A DNA stretch of 63,821 bases, counting the filler, from Reclinomonas americana ATCC 50394 (taxonomy: Eukaryota): assembly GCA_048213135.1 (NCBI GenBank). It is 3 parts of 2 records of this genome, joined end to end, with 100 filler letters (N's around TTAATTAATTAA, not from the genome) between each part and the next. Parts side by side here need not be neighbours in the genome. Positions count along the whole stretch, not along the records: positions 1 to 27,350 come from PS015176.1; 2 more parts are not named here. One strand, given 5' to 3'. Below are positions 13,701-26,080 of this stretch, one piece after another. The first letter of the stretch is position 1. Each line of letters begins with the position of its first letter. Under the pieces are notes generated by a model. It saw only the letters and a program-made list of their open reading frames with translations. It ran no database searches and was not told where the DNA came from. A program made the position numbers and the translations under genes.

Positions 13701-15973
13701 CGTTGAACCATGTCGCTGATGCTGTCGTCCACAGTCGGGAAGTCGGCGGCGATCCGGGCCAGATACAGCAGTGGAGCCACTGGGGATCGACCGAAAATGA
13801 TATTGGCACCCTGTGCGCAATCGTCGAGCACCGCAGCGCAGTCAGTGGCGCGAAAGAAACAAATCACGTGCTTCCTCTCTCTCTCTCGTGTACCATTTGC
13901 TGAAGGTTAACCAGTTCCTGGACAATGTTCTCAAACGCCTCGGCATCTGGACCTGCACTCAGGCTGCGCTTTCTGCACGCCACCCACAGATCCGCAAACG
14001 CCTCGCGCAGGATGGCTGCAGAGTCGCGAGTCAACTATTAGCCGCGCAGCTTGCAGAAGCAACACGGGTGATGCGAGCACGCACTTTGCCGGGCCGCGGG
14101 CCAGCACGCATCCTCTTCGGCCGCGCACCACAATACCGTCGTCTCGTCCGCGCGATGCGGGCGCGCAACCTCGAGCACGCACAGTTCAGTCAAACGGACA
14201 ACGGTGTCGAAGCTCCGGACGGCCGCCTGGTGCAACGCTGAACTCGGAAGTGCACCTGTGCCGGCCGGTGAGACACGAGTTTGCTAGATGACGCCACAAA
14301 GGAGAGCAAACACTTCACCTGCAGCGGTGGCTGCACGGAACAATCGGCGACGCAGCACATTGTGGAAACTGTCGAAGAAGCCGGCGAGCTCGACAAACGT
14401 GCGCGGGTTGATATCGTAGAAAAATCGTGCATGGGAAGCGGAGAGCGGGCGAGCGTCCAGCTCACTAGCCACCTTGATCTCGTCGAGTGAAGATGCCACA
14501 GAGTCCCAGGCTTGGCGCGCGTACCCTGCCCGTGGCACACGAGTGAGGGCATGTGCGCACAAAGACGACATGTGCTTATTTCGACGCACAAATGAGAAGA
14601 ACGAGAAGAGTGAGGGCGCCGTGAGACGCAGGATCCGCGTCCTCGGAAGCGGATTCCCACTCCGCCAGCAACTGCAGCCACCAATCGCACATTAGATCGC
14701 GCGCACATATGAACAAAAGAGAACGCACACTGTCCACAGCACCTCAGCCTGCGATTCTCGTGCCTCGTCACTGGCCAACTGTAGTGCACAATCAACCACA
14801 CGCTGCTCCAGCGAATGACCGCCGGCGACATGCTCGAGTGTGCGCCGGAGCAGCAACACCAAGCTGCGCACCGAGCCGCACACACCCATCGTCATGACCA
14901 CCAGCGATTCGTCCAGGTCCGCGTCGGGTGGCACCCATCCGTGCCGCTGGCCGCGCGAAGCATTCTCGCTGACCTCAACCAGCATGTCTTCCACGCGAGC
15001 ACGCAACGCCACGTCCACTGCGGCCGATTCCGCACCCTGACCGCGCAGCTCCGGCGCAGCCGCCAGCCCCGCCAGCGATTTCGACGCCACGAACCGCTCC
15101 AGCGCTCCGTTGGCGTCCGTCGCCGCGGGTGCCAGCTGCGCAGCATCAACAGCACGTCTCCACAAATCGGCCAGCGAAAGCGCCTGTGCGCCTCGCTCCA
15201 CACGCAGAAGCAGCGAGCCTTGAACACCGCCGACCAGATCCATGTCGGGCTCAGATGGGTAGTCCTCGGGATTGAAATGCGCGCCCTCTTTGCAGGCGAC
15301 AGTCATCAGCCCGGCGGCCACTTGTCGTCGCAAGTCGGCCGCACAGTACTCCACATGCCACAAATCATCGACACCGCCGACCAGCGGACGCTTCAGCACG
15401 CGCAGGTTGTTCAAAGCCTGCAGCAAATCGCCTCCAGCTGCCTCCACGCGTCGCTGGCGACGACGCAAGTCCTCCTGCAGTGCCAGCGGCACCGTGTACG
15501 TGGCGCACAACTCCATCACCTCAGCGGCCTCACTGACACACAGACACACAGATGAGGAGGGAGCAGGCTACACACAGAGAGCATGGCGCAGAGATATCGC
15601 ACCGCATGGCCTCCACGGCGGTATCATCGAATGACTTGAGACCGAGCGAGGCCAGCAACACAAAGTACGACGGATTGCTGCTTGCGCACATCACATGAGC
15701 ATGGAAACAAAATTGAACTCTCTCTCACTCACACACACTCACCCGCGCATTGCGATGCTTACACCTGCACGCGCGCGCGCACGCACACAGTGTGAGAGCG
15801 AGTCAAGGCCACACGCACACACACACACACACACAAGCGGCGCAACTGACGAGAGGATCCTCCTCACAGGTCCACCAGTTGTCACTGGCGCAGCGACGGG
15901 TCATGTCGAGGACGTGGACACCGACAGTGCGTGGAGTCTCCAGCACCATCGTGTTGTCGCCTTCTGCTGACAT
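1743..15973 (-). CDS. Giant multi-exon HECT E3 ubiquitin ligase (large HERC/HECTD-type HECT domain)
   Basis: C-terminal HECT motifs FVGEGGVDGGGLTRELF, LLPLLCLCPNG, WFWEMMREWSPEERCLLLRFVSG, LPASHTCFFTLDL (Cys codon 2085-2087), AIDAD...VFAEDD*. Upstream exons stay in phase where checked. Start MSAEGDNT at 15973; single-gene continuity is not verified at every intron. Confidence 0.75.
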
Positions 15974-16090
15974 GATTCGCGCGCGCGCACCCAACGCCAA
16001 CGAGTAAGTGGTATTTTCCGACGCGCGAAGTGGGACGGACACGGATAGATATGCATCTCAACGAAGGTGCACGAGGGTTAACGTTTGTTT

Positions 16091-16213
16091 CTGCTATGCA
16101 AGTGGTAAGGCATGAGGATGAGAGAGTACAATAAACATATCTTTCATTCTTTACAAGGCATCGATGCATGCGGTCAACACTTGCACACGAGGGAGAGTGC
16201 GCGAAGGCAGAAG
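16091..16213 (-). repeat. Repeat copy B, inverted copy of 6-166
   Basis: Direct sequence comparison. Confidence 0.9.
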
Positions 16214-16932
16214 GGAAANNNNNNNNNNNNNNNNNNNNNNNNNNNNNNNNNNNNNNNNNNNNNNNNNNNNNNNNNNNNNNNNNNNNNNNNNNNNNNNNNN
16301 NNNNNNNNNNNNNNNNNNNNNNNNNNNNNNNNNNNNNNNNNNNNNNNNNNNNNNNNNNNNNNNNNNNNNNNNNNNNNNNNNNNNNNNNNNNNNNNNNNNN
16401 NNNNNNNNNNNNNNNNNNNNNNNNNNNNNNNNNNNNNNNNNNNNNNNNNNNNNNNNNNNNNNNNNNNNNNNNNNNNNNNNNNNNNNNNNNNNNNNNNNNN
16501 NNNNNNNNNNNNNNNNNNNNNNNNNNNNNNNNNNNNNNNNNNNNNNNNNNNNNNNNNNNNNNNNNNNNNNNNNNNNNNNNNNNNNNNNNNNNNNNNNNNN
16601 NNNNNNNNNNNNNNNNNNNNNNNNNNNNNNNNNNNNNNNNNNNNNNNNNNNNNNNNNNNNNNNNNNNNNNNNNNNNNNNNNNNNNNNNNNNNNNNNNNNN
16701 NNNNNNNNNNNNNNNNNNNNNNNNNNNNNNNNNNNNNNNNNNNNNNNNNNNNNNNNNNNNNNNNNNNNNNNNNNNNNNNNNNNNNNNNNNNNNNNNNNNN
16801 NNNNNNNNNNNNNNNNNNNNNNNNNNNNNNNNNNNNNNNNNNNNNNNNNNNNNNNNNNNNNNNNNNNNNNNNNCGATGATGGATGGTGTGTGTTGCTGAA
16901 GGCTGACTCTTGTTCTCCTCCCTCATTCGCAG

Positions 16933-17002
16933 TGGATACATTCGCCTGGCCATGGGCAACACGTGCGGCGTGCTGAACGACGTGACGTCGCCGGTGGTGT
17001 AA
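16933..17002 (+). CDS. Terminal exon of the cathepsin gene, on an inverted gap-bounded segment
   Basis: cgcag|t gga tac att cgc ... gives GYIRLAMGNTCGVLNDVTSPVV*; phase 2 matches the donor after WGEG. Confidence 0.9.
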
Positions 17003-17250
17003 GAAGCTTGTCGGTTCGATTGTGGGCGACGCCACGAGAGAGGGAGACGAGGGNNNNNNNNNNNNNNNNNNNNNNNNNNNNNNNNNNNNNNNNNNNNNNN
17101 NNNNNNNNNNNNNNNNNNNNNNNNNNNNNNNNNNNNNNNNNNNNNNNNNNNNNNNNNNNNNNNNNNNNNNNNNNNNNNNNNNNNNNNNNNNNNNNNNNNN
17201 NNNNNNNNNNNNNNNNNNNNNNNNNNNNNNNNNNNNCTCTCATCACTCAC

Positions 17251-18564
<1,314 letters not shown>

Positions 18565-18869
18565 GTTTTTCTTTGGAAGAAAGGCAGAGGTTGTGATCGC
18601 TCACAAGAAGGGAGAAAATGTGGATGAATTGAGTGACAATGCGATCGAAGGCGAGCACGAAACGGGAGCGAGAAGTGGCGGCAAAGCGGTGTTCTCGCAG
18701 CCTTGTTTCTAGACACGGCTGTAATGCGGCGGCCTACAGAAGGCGAAACGCGCGCGTTTCCTTCGGTAAGTATGAGCACAGCAGCAGCAGTAGACAGAAG
18801 CAGACTCAAGTGTCGGTGTTCACTTGCATATGTGCATGCGGCTAGTCGACGCGCAGCTCTACACACACG

Positions 18870-20434
18870 TCACTTGCGCTTCTTGTACGTCTGCTTTGGG
18901 AAGAGATACTTTCCGGCGTCGTCCTCCACCAGCTGCCCGTTGGGCACACACGGCCCGTTCGGGGGGTAGATCGGGCGCCAGATCTCCTTGCCGTCATTGG
19001 TGTGCCACGGGCCACCCTCCGGACCCACGGACACACGGATGCCTCGTGCCACCGGCAGGCAGATCCAATTGCCAACGGTGGGGGCGTAGGTGTAGAAAGC
19101 CTTGTCGGAACCAACAACCCACAGCGCACCAGTCGCGCCGACGCCAATGTCCAGCGCGGCACCCGGCAGCTGCTGCCACTCGCCGAATTTGATCATGCGC
19201 CAGATGCTGTTGTCGCCGAGTACGGCAAACACATTGTCGTCGGCGTCGGCGGCGATGCGCTTGACGTTGGCGGCCTGGGGATCGACTTCCTTCTTGAAGG
19301 TCTTGCGGTCGACGCGCACCACTTTGCCGCCATTCATGTGCGGGTACCAGATGTACCGGGAGCCGACGGCAATATCGATGGCCCAGTCGATGCCCTTCAC
19401 CTCGGTCCACTTGTTGCTCTTCTTGTTGTACGTGATGATGTGCTTGCTGTCATCGAGCGTGGCATATGGCGTTCCGTCGGGGGCGACGGCAATGTTCTGC
19501 GCACGACCCTTGACGTCGTAGCCGATCCATGACCCGGTCTTGTGGACAAACTGGTAGCTGTGCAGCGATCGAGTGTCAGCATCACTCATCGTCGCATCGA
19601 CAGCGACTTGATAGCACTCAACATGTTGTAGTCGACACCGACGACAAATACTTCTGGCTCCTTGGTGTTGCGTTTCTGCTGCACGGCAATGTCGACTGCA
19701 CCGCCTGGAAGCTGCTGCCAACTGCAGGAACAACGGTACTGTATCAGGAGATGCTCCATGAACAAGCCTTGGAGACGCCTCACAAATGACGCACCGGTAG
19801 TCGAGGGGAAGCGGGTCGTCGTCCTTACACTCGTTGCCGTAACCGGCTTCAGCAAACAAACTGCAAAACAAGGGAAATGAGTTGACTCTCTGCGTGCACG
19901 ACAGCGGTGGGACCGCATCCACTCGACGTCTCACCCAGCGTTCTCCTCCTCCACCTCGAGCTCGGTGCGCATCGCCGCCAAGTCAAGCAGAGAGTGTTCG
20001 AAAGTGGTGCCTTTCATGCCTGTCAGCTGCCCGTTTCCCATCGACACAAGAGAGGCTGCAGGAGCACGAGTTAGTGATCGAGAGGAGCGCGAGTGGGATC
20101 CAGACAGAGAGAGACTGATGCGCGAGTGACAAAAGAAGTGATCTTGACGGCAGTGGCACCAAAAGAGGCGCGAGTGACAAAAGAAGTGATCTTGACGGCA
20201 GTGGCACCAAAAGAGACGAGAGAAACGTGAGCGTGCAGATAGTGTGAGAGGAGAGCAATGGACGAGAGGCAGTGCGTGGAAGAGCGACAAAGAGGGAGAG
20301 AGAGATTGGTGAGAGACAACGAGAGTTCACTCGCCAAACTCAGAGTCAGTTTCCATCATAGTGGCGTTCGCCCAGTCGCCGAATGCCACCAAGGCTATGG
20401 CGCAGAGGGCGACCACAAGCAAGAGGCGAGTCAT
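18870..20434 (-). CDS. Secreted tectonin-repeat (beta-propeller lectin) protein
   Basis: Signal MTRLLLVVALCAIALVAFG; repeats WQQLPGGAVDIAV, WQQLPGAALDIGVGATGALWVV, RVSVGPEGGPW; four exons spliced in phase. Confidence 0.85.
20120..20215. repeat. Perfect 2 x 48 bp tandem duplication in tectonin intron 1
   Basis: gcgcgagtgacaaaagaagtgatcttgacggcagtggcaccaaaagag twice. Confidence 0.95.
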
Positions 20435-20678
20435 GAGATGACGAATGCTCGAGAACCACGCAACGTGTTCTCACGCAAAAGATGAAAAAGCGTGAGCAAT
20501 AAGGGCGGGAAGTAACGGTCGTATATTTCCTCACTGCGATTTCGCTGGCGTTCGAGCACAGCAGGATGGACTGTAAAGCCGTGAGACCTGTCATGAAACT
20601 GCGACGAGTGCGGCCACGTGAGACGTTACGAGAGGCAGCATTCGCTCGGCGCGTGGTGTACAAGTTCGTAGTTCGGAT

Positions 20679-22922
20679 TCATTCGCTGTCGTGTGCGTGG
20701 GAGTGGTTGGCACTGGACTCCTCCGGTGGCCCCATGTCCGACCACCGTTCGTGGTGTGGGTTGAGATGGCAGCCGGGCGCACTGAATTCGGTGGCCTTGC
20801 AGCATGTCCACTGTGCATTGGGGTGAGCGTACTGACAAGCGCGCAAGAATGTTGGTCGGAATACGCAGCGTGCTGTGCAGATGGGAGAAATAAGAACAAC
20901 TCCGAGGAAATGGATGCAACGCAAGGATATGTGAACGCAACTTGCTGCATTCAACATCGTGGCATGGAACAGAAGATGAACAAGCGAGTGAGAAACAGGA
21001 ATTCGACTCGTTTGTCGGAAAACATGAATTAATCGCGGCGCAACAATCTGCAAACGAGAGCGCGTTTAGTCATTAGCTGTGGTGGGGTTGTTCGATGTGA
21101 TGCGAGTCACGCAACGGTGAGCTGCAATCGGAATCGACGTGAACAGCAACGGGAAGAAAGTCAGTATCAACTGGAGGGCACTGGCATGACCACGCAGTGA
21201 ATGGTACTCACGTGCTGTGAATGCGACAGCGTGAGTGACATGCACGGAGGGTACGAAAGACACAGGCACTCGTACCTTCTGTGGAGGTGTGCGGGTACCA
21301 AGAGGGGGCGGAGGGAACAGTTGTTGAGAAGCAGCTTTGTAAAATGCTGATATAAAGAAACTCACGCAACGAGCTGCGATCGGCACAGGTGAGTGAGACA
21401 GAGTGAGGCAGAGTTGACAGCGAAGACAAACAAACGCAACAGGCTGGGCATCGGCAAGAGAAGGCGATCACAAACAGCCAAGCAGAGAGGGTGTCAGATG
21501 GAGTGCAGACTCGAGCAGGGTTGCGCCCACCACAAACCAACTGCGCCACCAACAAACAAGAAAGGTGAGTGGACATTAGCGTTGCAAAATAAAACAGAGA
21601 AACACCACGCACATGCTGTTGGCGATCCAGTCGGAGCAGCAGCAATGGGAAGTCAGTGCGAGAGCGAGAGAGTGTGACGAGCACACGCGACATACCGTCT
21701 GCGATTTGCTCGACACGGTGAGCATGACAGCCACAAAACACGAAGCAGAACATGAGGAATGCACTCACCGGCTACCGGCAGCGAAGCGCATGCACAAACG
21801 AGAGGCAGTTGACTCTTCAGTCTGCAATCAACAACACCAACATACAACAGACACTCACATACTGAAGCAAACAAGCAGGCAAATGTGAGTGAGAGGCAGA
21901 CAACAGAAAATGCTGCACGGCACACACAAACGACGCAACAGCTCCAGGGTGGAAACGGCACTCCTCGGAAAAGTCGCAGGCCATCAGCCGACAGTTTCGA
22001 CACTGGTACAACTGCGTGGCCATTGTCGGTCACCACTCCACCGTCACACAGCATCCGGGATGGGTCTAAACATACCTTGCTCTTCTCTGCTACTTCCTCG
22101 GAGCGCAGCCGGACCGCAGTCATCTGCACCTCACGTTCCATCACAACAACAAAACACCACTCTTCAACAAACAACTGAACGCACTTCATCGCGGATTTGT
22201 CGCCGCTCCGCCGCCTCCTCCACCTGCATCTTACTGATCTGCGCGCGCCCCTCACATCAGCAAGTCACACGCGGTCACCCGTGTCGCTCCTCGATCACCA
22301 CCCACCATGGCCTGGATCCGATCTCGCTCCTCGTACATTTGCCTCTCGCGCAACATCAGCCGCGCCTGTACAGTCTCCACCGACTCCTTCGCCGTCTCCA
22401 AGCCCCCAACAAACCTGCTCTCCACCTCCTGCTCACACGTCACTTGCCGGCTGCCAGTCTTGCGACAAGCGAACGACACACACCTGAAGTCGCGACTCCA
22501 CAGTCTCGCGTCGCCCTCGCTCCTCCTGCGCGCACGTCTGCGTGTCAGTCACAGTGACCACTGACGCACACGTCATCACTGTCTCTCATCGCACGCAACA
22601 GCAAGCTCGCGTGAGAGTCGAGTGCGATCGTCATCGAGCAGCTGTTGCACGTTTGAGCGTCACACCCACACTCTCTCTCACATACGCGCGCATTACCTCC
22701 ACAGCCTTTGCCAAGAGCTTCATACGATGCGCGTCCTCCTGTCGCGCCTTCTGCAGCGCCTCGTGTGCCTATTCGTCGCACACAGTGTCAACAACTTCCA
22801 CTCAGTCACTGATGACAATGATCACTCACCTGTTTCAACTCGCTCAGCTCCGCAAAGCACTGCTCCACGTGGCGCACCAGTGCCTGAATGTGCTCAGGAG
22901 TCGGCACGTGACTCGCCTCCAT
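20679..22922 (-). CDS. Coiled-coil protein with a C-terminal Cys/His putative Zn-binding motif (3' structure uncertain)
   Basis: ATG at 22922 (MEASHVPTPEHIQALVRHVEQCFAELSELKQ|gtgagt); E/R-rich exons; CRNC...CRFHPG near 21950; WTCCKATEFSAPGCHLNPH near 20790. Confidence 0.5.
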
Positions 22923-22990
22923 CTTCTCACACGTCGCCGTCCGATCTGTCACTCACTGTCCTGATCTTCTCTCGTCTCTTGCGCGAAAGA

Positions 22991-24055
22991 ATGCTGCTGC
23001 ATCTCGTTGACCTGCTGCGATCACGACGCATTGTGCTGGCCTCTGGTGTGTGGTACACAAGTTGCCAGTGTCTTGTGTACTGCTCTCACTGTGTGTAGCT
23101 TCTCCTCGACGTCGCGAGATTCTGGAGAACATTGGCTTGCGTTTCGAGGTGGTGCCGAGTGCCTTTGCAGAGGACTTTGACAAGTTGCGTACGATGCGTG
23201 TGCAAGTGTGTCACAAGGCCATGCTGACAGCAGACAGACAGACGACGATTTGCGACTCCGCATGACTACGTGATGGAGACTGCGCGCGCAAAGGGACTCG
23301 ATGTGGCCAAGAGACTGACGCAGGTCTCTTGTGCATCCCTCTGCGCTGTGTTGGTATGTGTGGTTCACTGTATGTGTGATGCATGCAGCCTGCGGACATG
23401 ATCATCAGTGCGGATACGATTGTGGTGGTGGCGGGTGGTAGCAAGGATGCAGATGTGACTGCCAACGGGTACCGTGTGTTGGAGAAGCCGGCGAATGCCG
23501 AGGATGCATGCCGCATGATTCGGGAGCTCAGTGGGCGAGAGCACTCGGTCATCTCGGCTGTGGTGCTCATCTTTCCGCGGAGTGGCAGCGCCGGTTTCGT
23601 GCTTGTGTGTATGCAACGATCGAGCAGGCGATGCGAGCTGACACAGTGTGTGTTTGTGGTAGAACCTGAGACTGTGGCCTTTGCGGAGGAGACGCGTGTG
23701 CGGTTTGCGGAGCTGACGGATCGGGAAATCCGATCGTATGTGGCGTCGGGCGAATCACTGTTGCGCGTGCTTTTCCCTTTAGCAGTGCGGGTTGCGTGCT
23801 GAATGTGTGCATGCAGAGACAAGGCGGGTGCGTATGGATACCAGGGGTTGGCGGGGACGCTGGTCAGCGCCATTGCTGGCGACTATTACAATGTGGTGGT
23901 TCGTCGCCTGCTGGGAGGCCTCCTTGCGCCTGCTGCTGTTTGCTTGTGTCTCACCGCTCGCGTCGCAGGGCTTCCCGCTGCATGCTTTCTGCAAACGGCT
24001 GGCGACGATTGTGGAAGGCGCAGATGCGCAACGGCTGCTCGGCATCCGTTCATGA
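22991..24055 (+). CDS. maf: Maf-family nucleoside triphosphate pyrophosphatase (ASMTL-N/YhdE-like)
   Basis: Spliced RIVLASASPRRREIL, ETARAKG, IISADTIVV, LEKP, LSGREHSV, DKAGAYGYQG, GDYYNVVGFP. Confidence 0.93.
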
Positions 24056-26080
24056 ACGTTGGGATGGTGACGTTGGCGCGTAAATCGAGCACACACTTCG
24101 CGCGCGCGACACAATTTCTTGTTGGTTACATCGGTCCTGGTGTGGGTGTGGTGGTGGTGGTGGCGGGAGCTGGTGCTCCTCCTCCTGTTGTTGTTGTCGT
24201 TGTTGGTCTCGCATGTGTGGTGAGTGGGGGGGTGTCACGTGTGGCCGTTGGAACGCGGAAGGCGCCAATTGATTTTCTTTTCGCGCGCAATGTCGTTGTG
24301 TGTGATACTCTCGGTACCCAATCACCATCAATCCTGCAGTTCAGCGGATTCCCTGTGCCTCTCTCTGTGCGTCAAATCATCAGTCAATTGCCTTCTCCCT
24401 CTCCCTCCTCCGCCCTCTGCCTTGATGCCACACTCGCGATCGCGCTGTCAGACAAATCTTTTTTCGTGGCCTGGGTTTCTGTCGAGCCACGCACATTGTG
24501 CTCTCACCTCGCACAACACATTCTCTCTCTGCCCATGTATGTCACCCTCCTGTGTACGCGAGTCTCGTGTCTTCGTTGTGGGTGACGGAGACGCGTCCGC
24601 GTTCGAGTCTGTGGCCCGTGGGCGGGAAAAAGTGGGACTCGTAGTTGCCTCTTTTGATGAACGGCTTTTTTTCCCGTCTCCCACCTCGCTTCTCTCGCTT
24701 CTTTTCCTTTGCAGGCACAGTGCAGGTGGGAAATTATGCTAACCAGGCAATCCAGACACGCGTGCGCGTGGCGGTATCCCCCAAAAGAAGCGCTGCCGTT
24801 AAAAATGGTTGAAACTGCGTCGAACACACATGCGCGACCGCACGGCAATCACGGACGGAAAGCAAGGGTATCTCACGAATACGCGTGCAGGAGAAGAGAG
24901 GCCGACTCGTACTCTCACGGAATCGCGATGGCGGTATGTCGATGTCGATGCGCGCCAAAAAAACGACCGGTCGATATCGCGCGCGCGCGTCGACGTCAGT
25001 TGCGACCGTGCCTGTGAGGCAAGTGGAGAGGAAGGCAGAGAGTGAGTGTGAGGGAGAGGAGAGAAAAAAACGGCCGTGGCACGCTCAGTCGCGGGTCGCG
25101 CGCGCGCGCGCGCGCGCACATACGCACCGTTGGTCAATTGTCCCTGGTGATTTTTTCTGGCGCCACTTGCTGAGAGCGCGTCACTCGCTTCGCACTCCCG
25201 CCCAATCAACACACGCACACACACACAGACACAGCACGAGTGACACGTCTCCTCTCCAGTGTGTGTGGTGAGTCGCCTGCATGTGCGCGTGTGAGTGAGA
25301 CATGCAATGAGTGTGAGTGTGAGTGAGTGAGAAAAACTCGCGCGCGCGCGTGATACCGTTGCAAGCGTCTCTTTTTTCACTCCACGTCATCCTCTCTGCT
25401 TGTCACACGCACACACACTGCTCTGTGCACTCTCTCACTGTCGCGCGTGTGTGAGTGAGTGAGGAGAGTGTTGTTTCTTTGTGAAATATATGTTGTTTTT
25501 TTGGAGGGAGAAACGTTCGGGATAACGATCACTTGGGCCCAACGGTACCATTGACGCGTGCTGCACAACACACTCTCTCGCTCTCTCTTGCTCACTTGCA
25601 CACATGTGACACACGCACGCGCGCTCTCTCTCTGTGTCACACACATCAATGTGCGTTGCGTGTTTCGTCTGCCTTTGTTTTTTTCATGACACACTCACGC
25701 ACCTGTTTGTATTTTTGCGCGCGCTTCCTGTGTGTGTGTTTTCGTCACCAATCCTCACCGTGTCTTTCTCTCTCTCTCTCTGCACGTGTGTGTCGTGCAC
25801 ACGCTCTCTATATGTCACACCATGGTTCGTGTGCTCACCAAGTGCGGTCATTCACACGCACAGATTCTAACCCGGAGTACGCGCGCCTTTTTTGTCTTCC
25901 CCACCCCGCGCCCTCGCACTTCCCCCGTTGCTGAGCAAGAATGGAGGATACACTGTCGACAACACCGCCGCACAGCCGAGGCACACTGGTGTTTGCCGGT
26001 GGCACCATTGTGGTTCGCACCGCTGGCGATGACTTGGCCAGCAAGAACCGCCATCTCCACCACCGAGGTTTGTCTATAGT

